A stretch of 64,000 nucleotides of DNA. It comes from an uncultured virus (IMG/VR IMGVR_UViG_2571042902_000002) (lineage: Duplodnaviria > Heunggongvirae > Uroviricota > Caudoviricetes). The stretch is from positions 1 through 64,000 of IMG/VR virus record IMGVR_UViG_2571042902_000002; one strand, given 5' to 3'. The number at the start of each line of letters is the position of its first letter. Within the stretch, counting starts at the first letter, position 1. Positions 45,112 to 54,422 of the stretch are shown piece by piece. The position numbers and the translations under genes are program-made. The notes below the pieces were generated by a model. It searched no databases, had not been told where the DNA came from, and saw nothing but the letters and a program-made list of their open reading frames with translations.

Positions 45112-45590
45112 CGATTCATGCCGGAGCCTTCTGGCGCTGAACAGTCGGAGAATGTGTGCTCCTTCTGTGAGCGGATCCAGGGATGCCGGCGCCCGGGCTT
45201 GGGCTGCTGGCGCGGGGTCGTGAGTGCGTCTCGCAAGGTCATGCCGGCGGCGACGCGGCGGCGGACGGTCGTTGCGTGGACCGGGCTCTGGAAGTTCTCC
45301 ACCAGCTCGGCGATGGTCCCGGTCACGCCGTCGACGGTGAAGCGTCGGCTCTCGCTCCAGCGTTCGTGCGCGCGCTCCAGCGCTGCGGCCTGCGCTGGCG
45401 TGAACCTGCCGCGCGACGCTTCGTAGGCCAGGCGGTTGCCGAGCGTCGTGCCGTTCTTGGCCCACTCGATGGGCTCCATGGCTCCGATGATCAGGTCGAA
45501 CTTCCAGCGGCCCAGGCCAAGGGCCTGCATCGTTGCGCGCCGGGAAAGCCCGCGCGCGGCGGACTCCCGAATGAACTGTTCGGTGTTCAC
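45096..45590 (-). CDS. Phage hypothetical protein
   Basis: GTG start (VNTEQFIRE) overlapping the MTase stop. Confidence 0.65.
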   Translation of the reverse strand: MNTEQFIRESAARGLSRRATMQALGLGRWKFDLIIGAMEPIEWAKNGTTLGNRLAYEASRGRFTPAQAAALERAHERWSESRRFTVDGVTGTIAELVENFQSPVHATTVRRRVAAGMTLRDALTTPRQQPKPGRRHPWIRSQKEHTFSDCSAPEGSGMNRYFEN

Positions 45591-47497
45591 GGTTGCGCCT
45601 CCTGTTGCGCGACGCTCAGCGCCACCGCAACCGGGCGCACCCAGATCGGCGTATTGCTGAGCATGAAGGTTTCGCCCTGCTCGGCCAGCAGCAGGGTGGT
45701 GCCCATCACGCCGGCGATGGCTTCGGCCGCGGCCGGCGGTACGGCGTTGCCGATGCGCTCGCGCCAGTCGCTGTCGCTCAGGCCGTCGAGGATCAACTGT
45801 TCTTCCGGGTCCACCAGGCTCTGCAGCGCGGCCAGCTCCAGGGTGGTGAAGGGCCGGTGCCAGGTGCCGTCCAGCGACTGGATGATGCAGGTGAGCCGGT
45901 CGTTCGCCGCCGGCATGCGCGGGTCGGCGACGCTCCACCTGCCATTGTCGTGCCGGGCACTGGCCGACACCGCGCCGGCGGATTGGTCGAACCCAACTAC
46001 GCCGTAGTGCCCGCCGGTCAGGTAGGCGTCGCCCTTGGTGCGATCGAGCACGCGCGGATCAGCGATCGACAGCGCGCCGCTGGCCACCTGCTGGGAGCCG
46101 GTGACCGTGCCGGTAGCGCTTCCCCACTCGCCGACGTGCAATTTGCGGCTGCTCGCCCCTGGGTGCCAGTTGTGGTACCTGGGATCGGCAACAGCCTGGC
46201 CGCCGGAGCTGGGTGAGTGCCCGCCGGTGACGGTTCCGGCGTGGCTCCCCATGCTGACGACGCGAAACACGTTGTTGTGCCGGACGCCGCCTGGGCGCGG
46301 GTCGGCCACGGCGAATGCGCCCTGACCGGTGGTGCTGGCCGCGATCACGGTGCCGGACGGACCGTCCCAGTCGGTGACCGGGTACTTGCCGAAACTCTGG
46401 CCGCGGGGATCGGCGACGGAGTACGTGCCCTGGCCGGGCGACTTGACGCCGATGATGGCGCCGGATGTGTCGGTCCAGCGGCGCACGCCGTACTGCTGGT
46501 ATTGCAGGGCGTTTGCCGGCGCGCGAGGATCCGCGACTGAGAACCGCCCGTTCATCGGGCGGCTCGCGCCGGCGACAACGCCACACGAATCGCCCCAGTG
46601 ATTCACGCCCAGGACGCCCCGGTGGTACTCCGGCACGATGATCAGATCGCGCAGGTAGCCGTCCTCGACGGCCAGGTCATTCAGGCTGCGCCAGTCACTG
46701 CCGGCGCGCACCAGAGCGAGGCGCACCCAGGTCTTCCACTGCAGTGACGGCACGCGGTGCATCGGGCCTGCAGCATCGATGTCGCCCGGCAGCGGCATGC
46801 GGCCGAGGATGTCGCCGACGGCGCGGAGCGACTTCTTCTCCGGCTCGTACAGGAAGGGCGGCACTTTCTCGACGTGCCGCGCGACAAGCAGGAAGCGCTT
46901 GCGGCTCTGCGCCAGGCCGCCGAGTTCGCCGCAGTCGTGAGTGGTTTCCGCCACGGCGTAGCCGAAGCCGCCGAGCAGGCTGTTGATCTGGTCCAGCAGG
47001 TGCCGGCCGCGGCTGGCCAGGCGCGGGACGTTCTCGAAAACGATCAGCGGCACAGGGTCATCGGCCCAGGCTTCGCCCATGAGCCAGATGCAGCGCAGCG
47101 TCAACTCGTTCAGCGCCTGGTACTTCGGGGTCAGGCTCATCTTCTCGGAGAGGAGGCCAGAGGCGCCCTTGCAGGGGCTGGAGATGAACACCGCGTCCGG
47201 GCGCTTGCCCTGGGCGGCGCGGCGCACATCCTCGGGGGTGGCCTCACGCCAGCCTGCCGGCGGCTCCTTGCCGTGGAACCGCACGTACTGGTCGCGTGTG
47301 AAGAGGTCCAGCAGGGTGCCCGGGACACCGGCCAGGCGCTCGAAGTCGCGCAATCCGGCCGGGTCCACGTCGATCCCGCCGAGGCAGACCCATTCGGCCT
47401 CGACGTTGCCGACCCGCGGGCGCGCCCGGTTGAAACCGGCGGCACCGCCGCCCAGGCCGCAGCAGAAGTGGAAGTGGTAGAGAGTGCGCTTGATCAT
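45587..47497 (-). CDS. Orphan C5-cytosine DNA methyltransferase
   Basis: FCCGLGG (I), SPCKG (IV), FENV (VI), QSRKR (VIII), IGNAVPP (X). Confidence 0.9.
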   Translation of the reverse strand: MIKRTLYHFHFCCGLGGGAAGFNRARPRVGNVEAEWVCLGGIDVDPAGLRDFERLAGVPGTLLDLFTRDQYVRFHGKEPPAGWREATPEDVRRAAQGKRPDAVFISSPCKGASGLLSEKMSLTPKYQALNELTLRCIWLMGEAWADDPVPLIVFENVPRLASRGRHLLDQINSLLGGFGYAVAETTHDCGELGGLAQSRKRFLLVARHVEKVPPFLYEPEKKSLRAVGDILGRMPLPGDIDAAGPMHRVPSLQWKTWVRLALVRAGSDWRSLNDLAVEDGYLRDLIIVPEYHRGVLGVNHWGDSCGVVAGASRPMNGRFSVADPRAPANALQYQQYGVRRWTDTSGAIIGVKSPGQGTYSVADPRGQSFGKYPVTDWDGPSGTVIAASTTGQGAFAVADPRPGGVRHNNVFRVVSMGSHAGTVTGGHSPSSGGQAVADPRYHNWHPGASSRKLHVGEWGSATGTVTGSQQVASGALSIADPRVLDRTKGDAYLTGGHYGVVGFDQSAGAVSASARHDNGRWSVADPRMPAANDRLTCIIQSLDGTWHRPFTTLELAALQSLVDPEEQLILDGLSDSDWRERIGNAVPPAAAEAIAGVMGTTLLLAEQGETFMLSNTPIWVRPVAVALSVAQQEAQP

Positions 47498-47613
47498 GCG
47501 GCGGGTTCCTTTTCGCGAACGTGAGGACGCACTGCGCTATGCGTGATGGCGCAGTGATGTCGTTGGAGTTAGATTTGGAAGGCCCGGCATTGGGGCCGGA
47601 TCAAGGAGGAGAG

Positions 47614-47940
47614 ATGCCTGACTTCAGAATCGTCGAGATCGTGTTCGATGACACCAAGGTCTATTACCGGTATGAGACGGTGGGTGCATCAACAATCGGT
47701 GGAGAGCAAACACCTGCTTATCAGCAAGACATCATCCTCAATCATTTTCGGTCTGCCGCAGGCTATCGGGGTTCTCCGACAAAGGTTGAAAGCGCTGCAC
47801 TTGTTGCATCGAAGGCCGTGGGACGAGTGGTCCAAACTTTGAGCGGATCCAAGGCTCAAGCCAGGTCGACAAAGAACACTTGGGTAACCAAGGCGCATGC
47901 AGATCGTAACTATGAGGTTCTCAACACCCAGAGTCGTTAG
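47614..47940 (+). CDS. Moron hypothetical protein
   Basis: AGGAGG RBS; antisense orientation; lower GC. Confidence 0.65.
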   Translation: MPDFRIVEIVFDDTKVYYRYETVGASTIGGEQTPAYQQDIILNHFRSAAGYRGSPTKVESAALVASKAVGRVVQTLSGSKAQARSTKNTWVTKAHADRNYEVLNTQSR

Positions 47941-48103
47941 GCTGTACGCGACCCGCTAGAAGTACGTCAGTACTCGGTGAACAGGCACTGGACGCCGCCC
48001 TGCCTGACAGGGCGGCCCACGAGGCATGGTTGAATCGCCCACAGGGCGGCGTCCGGTGCGTGCTGGAAGAGAAAGCGCCCCGGGTGGGGCGCTGTATCGA
48101 GGG

Positions 48104-49846
48104 TCAGGCCGCAGCCTGTTGCTGCTGGTCGACGAGTTGCCCGGCGTCGATCCAGACCGCTTGTAGCCAGGCCGGCGTCTTCGCCATCGGTTCCTTGAGC
48201 GTGCCGGCGACGATCACCGAGTCGATTTCCTTGTCCATGGTCACGGCGCGCAGCAGTGTCAGGGCCTGGCTACGACTCGGCAGGTCCAACACGTCGAGGC
48301 GATCCAGCAACGCCAGGCGCAGGCCGGAGATCGTCGCGATGGTCAGGGCCAGCGTCGCGTCGCACCGCCAGCGTTCGGACTCGGACAGCAGGCCGTACAG
48401 TCGACCGCCGAACGTGACATCGATGTCGGCGCTGATCTGTACCGGCGACCAGCCGGCGGTGCCGGATAGGCGCTGCAGCAGCTCGTTCACCGGTCCGATC
48501 GCATCGGCCAGGATCTCCGCCGGGATGCCCGTGGGGGAAAGGGCATCGGCCAGGGCGCTCCATGCGCAGACCTCGGCGTGGAAGCCGGCGGCCTGCTTGA
48601 TGACGTCCTGGCGCTGCGCGGCGGCGTTGAACGCTTCCTGCAGCGACTGCACCTTGGCCTGCTGCCGGTCACGCGCTTGGCGCAGTTCGTTGATCGCCTG
48701 TTCGCCGTTGGCGATCGCCTCGGCACTGGGCGCCTGGGCGGTTTCGGCTTCCAGGGCGGCGGCCTGCGCGGCGGCGTCTTCGCTCTCCTTCAGGTCCCGC
48801 TGGCTGTTGGCGACGGCCCGTTGAGCGCTGGCAAGATACCCGCGGTACTCCTCCAGGCGTTTCGCCGCCTCGGGATCGGCAACCTTCGCCGGTGGCTGGT
48901 GCGCGACCAACTGGCCGGCCTGCAGGTTCACGGCGCCCTGGCAATGAGGGCAGGTCAGCGGCTGGTGGGCGGGCTCGCCGCTGGCGGCGGCCTCGGCTGC
49001 CATCACCTTCTCTGACCATTCGTCCTGATTGGCCTCGTCGGTGGCCAGCTTGTTGCGCCGGCGGTCGGCCAGCGCTGCGGTCTCGCGGAGAGCGGTGATG
49101 CGGCTGGCGCGAGACTGGGCGTCGGCGTGGGCGCGCTTGCTGGAGCCGAGGGCCTGCTGGGCTTCATCCAGATCCTGCGCTGTGGCTTGCAGTTCCGCGC
49201 GCGCCGATTCCAGTTCCTCCTCGCTGACGATGGCCGGCGGCGCCTCCGGCTCCCACCCGTTCGCCTTGTCGCTGCCGTAGTTCTCGCCGGTGATTGCCTT
49301 CCAGGCGCCGCGCGCCTCGCTGGCGTAGGACTTGGCCTGCTCGACGGCGGCCGGAAACCCGGAACGGAGCAGGGGCTTCACCTTCTCGAACAGCGCCGGA
49401 TCCAGGCCTTTGGCTTCCAGCCTCTTGCCGACCTCGGCCGGGCTGGCGCTGGCGCCGGTTAGGTCGAACAGCACCCGGCGGCGATCTTTGGCCTCCAGAG
49501 CGGCGAAGCGGCTGGCGTCGAGCACGAACGGCAGGAACGGCGAGTCGGCGAGCGGGGAGCCTTTGCCGCTGGGCAGCGCGACCCCGCAGGCCTGAGCCTC
49601 GCCGGCCTCGACCAGCCACTCGACGCGGGCCTCGCCCTTCTTGGCGCCCTCGGTGATCAGCTTATCCATCTCCTTCTTCAGCGAGACGCGGCGCGGCTGG
49701 CCACTGAAGGCCATAGCCACGCCATCAAGCAGGCTGCTTTTACCGGCGCCGTTGTGGCCGGCCACCAGGAGCACCGGCGCAGAAACATCAAGGGCCGCAT
49801 GACGCAGCCCTTGGAAGTTGGTGATTTCGAGTTTCGTGATGCGCAT
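48104..49846 (-). CDS. SbcC/Rad50-like ATPase
   Basis: Walker A GHNGAGKSS, coiled coil with CPHC hook, LSESE signature, LLDRLD Walker B. Confidence 0.85.
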   Translation of the reverse strand: MRITKLEITNFQGLRHAALDVSAPVLLVAGHNGAGKSSLLDGVAMAFSGQPRRVSLKKEMDKLITEGAKKGEARVEWLVEAGEAQACGVALPSGKGSPLADSPFLPFVLDASRFAALEAKDRRRVLFDLTGASASPAEVGKRLEAKGLDPALFEKVKPLLRSGFPAAVEQAKSYASEARGAWKAITGENYGSDKANGWEPEAPPAIVSEEELESARAELQATAQDLDEAQQALGSSKRAHADAQSRASRITALRETAALADRRRNKLATDEANQDEWSEKVMAAEAAASGEPAHQPLTCPHCQGAVNLQAGQLVAHQPPAKVADPEAAKRLEEYRGYLASAQRAVANSQRDLKESEDAAAQAAALEAETAQAPSAEAIANGEQAINELRQARDRQQAKVQSLQEAFNAAAQRQDVIKQAAGFHAEVCAWSALADALSPTGIPAEILADAIGPVNELLQRLSGTAGWSPVQISADIDVTFGGRLYGLLSESERWRCDATLALTIATISGLRLALLDRLDVLDLPSRSQALTLLRAVTMDKEIDSVIVAGTLKEPMAKTPAWLQAVWIDAGQLVDQQQQAAA

Positions 49847-49852
49847 GGCCGA

Positions 49853-50743
49853 TTACTCCAGATTGAGCTCGTCGGTGCCGGTGTCCGGCTGCTGGCCCGG
49901 GGCGGGTTCGGTGATTTCGCCCGTCTCGGTGTTCACGCCGTCCGGGACCTGGTCCTGAGAATGGTCGTCAACAACGCTGTATTCGCCGGTGAGGATGGAC
50001 GCGTTGTCCTGGTCCAATCCGGCGTCGGCGCGTTCGTCCAGGGTGACTGCGGTCTGCAGCTCGATGCTGACCGGCAGGTACTTGAACAGCCGGCGGATGA
50101 CGGTCTTCTTGGCCATCTCTTCGTAGTGGGTGACCCAAGGCCCGTTTCCGGATGCCTTGCTGGTGGCGCGTACTTTGTCGACGTCGGCCTTGCTCATGAC
50201 CTCGAATTGCACGCCGCCGTCCTTCAGCTTGGCGACCGCGTAGACGTGGGTCATGACGCCGCGTTCACCTTCTCCCGGAACGTGCTGGACGTCTTCGTCG
50301 AGGCCGTAGCGATAGCTGAACTGGTCGTTCTGGTGCGCGGTGCGCGCGGTGAGCGAAACGATCTGGCCGGAGCGCCGGGCAAGGTCAATCATCCCGCGGT
50401 AGCCGATGATCAACTGGACGTTCGACAGGCCATCTTTCGCCTTGCCGTTGCCGAACGGCAGCAGGTAGGCATGGCCGAGAGCGTTACCCGGTTCCAGGCC
50501 GAGCTGCGCGCATTGCATCACGGCGCCGAGGAAACTCTCCTGATTGCATTTCGCCAGGGCCGGTACTTTGCGGATCTCGGTCAGCGCGATGCGCGCGAGT
50601 CGGTCGGCGGTCATGTGCTTCGGAAGCGCCAGGGCCATCTGGGCTTTGATCTTCGGGTCAGTCATCAGGTGGGCCAGCGTTTTCGGCTGACCGTTGTTGG
50701 CGACATTGCCGGTCGCGGCGGCTTTCAGGGCGGTTGCGGACAT
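49853..50743 (-). CDS. recT: RecT single-strand annealing recombinase
   Basis: QLGLEPG..LGHAYL.PF, IGYRGMIDLARRSG, EMAKKTV.RRL.K.LP.S. Confidence 0.93.
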   Translation of the reverse strand: MSATALKAAATGNVANNGQPKTLAHLMTDPKIKAQMALALPKHMTADRLARIALTEIRKVPALAKCNQESFLGAVMQCAQLGLEPGNALGHAYLLPFGNGKAKDGLSNVQLIIGYRGMIDLARRSGQIVSLTARTAHQNDQFSYRYGLDEDVQHVPGEGERGVMTHVYAVAKLKDGGVQFEVMSKADVDKVRATSKASGNGPWVTHYEEMAKKTVIRRLFKYLPVSIELQTAVTLDERADAGLDQDNASILTGEYSVVDDHSQDQVPDGVNTETGEITEPAPGQQPDTGTDELNLE

Positions 50744-50755
50744 GCTGGGCTCCGG

Positions 50756-51664
50756 TTACTTGAGGCGGAAAACGCGGGATTCGCTGGTCTTCTTGAACTG
50801 CTCGAACAGCGCGGGGTGGGCTTCCTTGAAGGCGGATTGGTCGAAGCGGTTGGTGGTCTGGGACTTCCACGTCAGTACCGACTTGCCGTTGACCGTGAGT
50901 TGGGCGTGGTCCTGCATGAAGAGCTTGATGCGCTCCTCTGCGGACTCGATCTCGTACTCCAGGCCCTTGGCCTTGGCTTTCAGTTCGCGCAGGCGGTTGA
51001 ACACCTCCACGACCTTGCCATCGGCCTCGATGCTGGTTCCGGCGTCACGTTCGAACAGCCGGAGGATGTCGCTGACAGCGGTTGCTTCAGGCGGATCCAG
51101 GCGCTGGATGCGTCCCCAGAACTCGACCTCCTTCTCGCGAATCGCCGCGATGGTTTCGTCGTCCCGCTCGACGCGGTACACGCGGAAGTCGTCGCCGCCG
51201 ATCAGCACGCCGAAGATGCAGACCTGGCGGCCGGTGACCATCAGGCCGTGCATGGCCTGGGCGGTGTAGTGGACTGGAATGGCATCGGTCTGAACCTCAC
51301 CCCAGTCCTTTGCCTTGAACGGGCTGACCGTCTTGATCTCGATGTTTTCGCCGCTGGCGGCCTCGGCGTCGATCTCGGCGGCCATGAAGTCGTGCTGCTG
51401 GTCGCGGTAGCGGTTACCGCGGCCGACGATCTTCAGGCCGGTCTCTTCGGCCAGCAGGTCGATGACGTAGGGCTCCATCCGCTGGCCACGGGTGAAAATC
51501 TTCTGCTTCGCCGGGTCGACGGGACCGGTGCGCGGCTGGACCTTATCCAGGTACACGTCCAACGGAGTGCGCCAGGGGCTGATGCCGAGGATGCCGGCGA
51601 CATCGCTGCCGCCGAGGTACTTGGTGCGGTCGAGCGCGCCGACCGATGCGAGAGCTGCAGTCAT
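50756..51664 (-). CDS. YqaJ-like viral exonuclease
   Basis: LGGSDVAGILG.SPW.TP; EIKT; Y.AQ..H. Confidence 0.9.
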   Translation of the reverse strand: MTAALASVGALDRTKYLGGSDVAGILGISPWRTPLDVYLDKVQPRTGPVDPAKQKIFTRGQRMEPYVIDLLAEETGLKIVGRGNRYRDQQHDFMAAEIDAEAASGENIEIKTVSPFKAKDWGEVQTDAIPVHYTAQAMHGLMVTGRQVCIFGVLIGGDDFRVYRVERDDETIAAIREKEVEFWGRIQRLDPPEATAVSDILRLFERDAGTSIEADGKVVEVFNRLRELKAKAKGLEYEIESAEERIKLFMQDHAQLTVNGKSVLTWKSQTTNRFDQSAFKEAHPALFEQFKKTSESRVFRLK

Positions 51665-51674
51665 GGGGCTGGTC

Positions 51675-51884
51675 TCATTTCAGGGTGAGGGTGGTTGTCG
51701 CGTGAAGGCGGGAGCTGCGCCGGAAGCGCAGAACGCAGAGGTCGCCGCATATGTCGGCGAAGAACGGGTTGTTGTAGCCGTGACGGTTGGCCAACTCGAC
51801 GGCCTGGCGGATGCTCTTTCCGGCAAACTCTTCGATATCGTCGAGTTGGTCGTCGATGATCGAGCGAACGGGGCGGGTGGTCAT
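51675..51884 (-). CDS. Phage hypothetical protein
   Basis: 69 aa; ATGA-coupled. Confidence 0.65.
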   Translation of the reverse strand: MTTRPVRSIIDDQLDDIEEFAGKSIRQAVELANRHGYNNPFFADICGDLCVLRFRRSSRLHATTTLTLK

Positions 51885-52102
51885 GTGTTCGTGCTCCTGA
51901 GTTCTGCCCAGCGCGAATCCGCTGCGGCGTCGAGCCGGCGGCGCATGTCGTCGTAGAGGCGGGTGTCGATGAAGTCCACTGCGTAGGCCAGTTCGATCTG
52001 GCCGTGGAGGAAGCTCTGTTCGGGGCGCGGGAAGTGGGACCGGCGCATGGCCGTGATGCCTTCCTCAATCATCCGAACCGCGCGTTCATTGCTGAAGGCC
52101 AT
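51881..52102 (-). CDS. Phage hypothetical protein
   Basis: MAFSNERAVRMIEEG; GGAGG RBS. Confidence 0.65.
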   Translation of the reverse strand: MAFSNERAVRMIEEGITAMRRSHFPRPEQSFLHGQIELAYAVDFIDTRLYDDMRRRLDAAADSRWAELRSTNT

Positions 52103-52238
52103 CGTCGTCCTCCTGCTCTTCGTCCTCGTGCTCTGGATCTGGCTCCGGCTGGTCCCAGAGCGGGTCTCTGGCGAAGTCCCAGGCGTGCTGGGCGTTGCTA
52201 AAAGCCGCGCGGTTGCGGCGCTCGCGGTATGTCCACAT
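52086..52238 (-). CDS. Small acidic-tailed phage protein (50 aa)
   Basis: MWTYRERRNRAAFSNAQ.AWD...; GGAG RBS; absent from the ORF track. Confidence 0.55.
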   Translation of the reverse strand: MWTYRERRNRAAFSNAQHAWDFARDPLWDQPEPDPEHEDEEQEDDDGLQQ

Positions 52239-52337
52239 CGGGATGCTCTCCGTGGTTCACCTGCATTCGGCAGCACCCAGGCACACGGCAGTCGTGCCCG
52301 GTGGGGCGCCGTGGTGGGTGCTCTCGAATGGAGGTTG

Positions 52338-52361
52338 AAAAAAGCCCGGCCGGAGCCGGGC
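52338..52361 (-). terminator. Intrinsic terminator
   Basis: GCCCGGC-4 nt-GCCGGGC with a T run on the minus strand. Confidence 0.65.
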
Positions 52362-52381
52362 AAGGGGGGGATGAAACGGGC

Positions 52382-52753
52382 TCAGGAAACAGCAGTGCAG
52401 TTGCGCAGCAGCACCGGCGTGGCCTGGCCTTCTAGCCAGATCACCGCCATGCCGGAGGCGGAAACCTTGGCTTGAGTGAGCGTTCTGGTGCGGATGGGAA
52501 TGGAGTCGCGGAGCGGACGGTACTCAACGGCCACCTGGGCCGGGTGCGTGCGATTCCAGGACTCGACCAGTTCCGCCGGCGGCACGGGACGGACGTTGCC
52601 GATCTGCTGGTAGATCTCGGAGCGGTGAATGGCGACGTCGTCCGGGGCGGTGATGCCGAGGCGCACCTGGTCGCCTTGGCTGCCGAGGACCGTGACGGTG
52701 ATGTTGTCGCCGATATGCAGGGTTTCGCCGGGTCTTCTGGTCAGGATCAGCAT
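52382..52753 (-). CDS. csrA: CsrA/RsmA homologue with C-terminal extension
   Basis: [40 protein letters not shown]. Confidence 0.9.
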   Translation of the reverse strand: MLILTRRPGETLHIGDNITVTVLGSQGDQVRLGITAPDDVAIHRSEIYQQIGNVRPVPPAELVESWNRTHPAQVAVEYRPLRDSIPIRTRTLTQAKVSASGMAVIWLEGQATPVLLRNCTAVS

Positions 52754-52801
52754 GGTGTGACTCCGTTCGGGTGGTAGTTGGCGTTTCTGCCGCCTGGACC
52801 G

Positions 52802-53065
52802 CTAGCCCAGGCGATCCGGGACGACTTCCATTGCCTCGGCGACGATCTTGTGAGCCCCTTCGGAGTCCACCGTGGCGAACCCCTTTTCGGCGTAGTCCCA
52901 CTGCTCGTCTTCATCGCCGGGGAAGTTGCTGCACGCCACTGAACAGACGCCAAGCCCGTCGGGCTTGAAGTAGAGGCGCACCTCCGGGCCGTCATCCCCG
53001 CGATCAAGCATCACGAGCACTTGGCCCAGGTCTTCGAACTCGAACAGCTTCGCGAACTGCTTCAT
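52802..53065 (-). CDS. Phage hypothetical protein
   Basis: MKQFAKLFEFEDLGQVLV; GAGGA RBS. Confidence 0.7.
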   Translation of the reverse strand: MKQFAKLFEFEDLGQVLVMLDRGDDGPEVRLYFKPDGLGVCSVACSNFPGDEDEQWDYAEKGFATVDSEGAHKIVAEAMEVVPDRLG

Positions 53066-53400
53066 TGGCATTCCTCAGGTTGGTTTCCCTGATGCCCCTC
53101 GCGAGAAGGGCATCGAGGAAATCGGTGTTGCTGTTGCCCGGTTAGCGCTGGGCGGCGCTGCGCATCGCGTGCGGGTCGTTCACACGGTTCGGGCATTTCG
53201 CCCTCGATCAGCCGTCTCTGGTCGCCCTGAGCAAAGGTCGCCATCGCGTTGGTAGGTGTTGCCTCAGCACCTATCTGATCGCCGGTCGCCGCAGAGGCGA
53301 TGCGTTCTGCTGTTGATGTTGCTCACCCGACTTTCTGTCGCCCCACGGGTGATGGCCGGGGCTGCCTCGCCGCGTTGCGGCTAGCTGTTCATGGCGCGGG

Positions 53401-53413
53401 TTGTTAAAGAGCG
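53401..53413 (-). promoter_or_regulatory. boxA antitermination element
   Basis: CGCTCTTTAACAA on the minus strand just downstream of OL/PL. Confidence 0.7.
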
Positions 53414-53461
53414 GTCGGCTCGGTGGCCTGGCCAGCGGTGTGTTGCTGGCGTGTGTAGAAA

Positions 53462-53501
53462 AATACACAACGTATTTATCATGGTCAATACAAAATGTAC
53501 T
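53462..53501. promoter_or_regulatory. OL operators of prophage 2
   Basis: AATAC-N5-GTATT (53462-53476) and AATAC-N5-GTACT (53487-53501). Confidence 0.65.
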
Positions 53502-53551
53502 TATTTCTTCGAAAGAAAAGCCCGCTTGAGGGCGGGCTTGATGGTCAAAGA

Positions 53552-53791
53552 TCAGCGAGGGAGCTCGACGTACCAGTAAACGAACAAGCTTCCGTCATCC
53601 CGAGCCTCGACATTTACGCCGTCGATACTGCGGAGGTCTCGTTCCAGTCGAAGCCAAGCCCATTCCGGTTCGTTGCTCGCGCGCTTGATCCGCACGGACT
53701 GTTGGACTTGTGCCTGGGGGCTTTCAATCAGCGCCCGGACTCGGTCGACGACAGCGATATAGGTGGTTTCGGACCATGGAGAGAACAGCAT
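53552..53791 (-). CDS. DUF1654-like protein
   Basis: RV..LIESP.AQ....V.I.R...E....W..L...L....GV.....DDGS...YW. Confidence 0.65.
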   Translation of the reverse strand: MLFSPWSETTYIAVVDRVRALIESPQAQVQQSVRIKRASNEPEWAWLRLERDLRSIDGVNVEARDDGSLFVYWYVELPR

Positions 53792-53851
53792 TCCGAGTAC
53801 TCCTTGTGCTTCGATGCTGGCAGTTGCTGACAGAGTTCTGCTATAAAAATA

Positions 53852-53867
53852 CTGTACGAATATACAG
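53852..53867. promoter_or_regulatory. LexA (SOS) box
   Basis: CTGTACGAATATACAG fits CTGT-N8-ACAG, between divergent genes. Confidence 0.75.
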
Positions 53868-53884
53868 CGTGGAGGGTTCTTTCG

Positions 53885-54144
53885 ATGGCCAAACAACAGA
53901 AGAAGCAGGACGCGAAACCGATGGCTCCGGTTGAGAAATTGGGGGGCCGCATATCGGAGATGATCAATTCGCCGCCGGTGTAGCGCGCGCGGGGACGATC
54001 CGAAGACGGGAGGATGAGGCGGAGGAAGATTGGGAGCGACTGCTGGAAGAGCTGCGCTCAAACGATGGGCTGGAGATGTCGCCGAGGGAGGATGGAGTGG
54101 TTGCGCTCACCTGGGGCGGCCATGAGGGCGCCGTAGCGCGTTAA
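53885..54144 (+). pseudogene. DUF1654-like pseudogene
   Basis: MAKQQKK...RISEMINSPPV then TAG at 53981; continues in another frame as EDEAEEDWERLLEEL...EDGVVALTW. Confidence 0.65.
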
Positions 54145-54422
54145 GCGCAGGGGGCCGCGCGGTCATCTGCTCAGTACTGAGCCGGGAGGAAAGGGCAGAG
54201 GGGAACAAAAAGGCCGCGCCGGGGAAGGCTCCGGCGCGGCCTGGTCCTTTCGGTGTTGTGCCTTCAAGGACGCCTCAATGTATCAAATGCGCGGCTGATG
54301 TGAAAAGGCCGCACTGGAGTCGAGGGGCGGGCTGTGCTGGACTGCTGCCTTCCCAGGGCCGCGGAGGGCATCTGTCAAAGTCGGGCAGGAACGAAAAGCC
54401 CCGCATCTGCGGGGCTTATGAT

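Noticed and set aside
45587..47497. Restriction-modification system
   Set aside because: No adjacent endonuclease; the orphan MTase sits in a phage early operon
48104..49846. SMC-like ATPase as a Lamassu/Wadjet defence component
   Set aside because: Co-oriented and contiguous with recT and yqaJ at phage-like GC, with no partner genes; a recombination role is more likely
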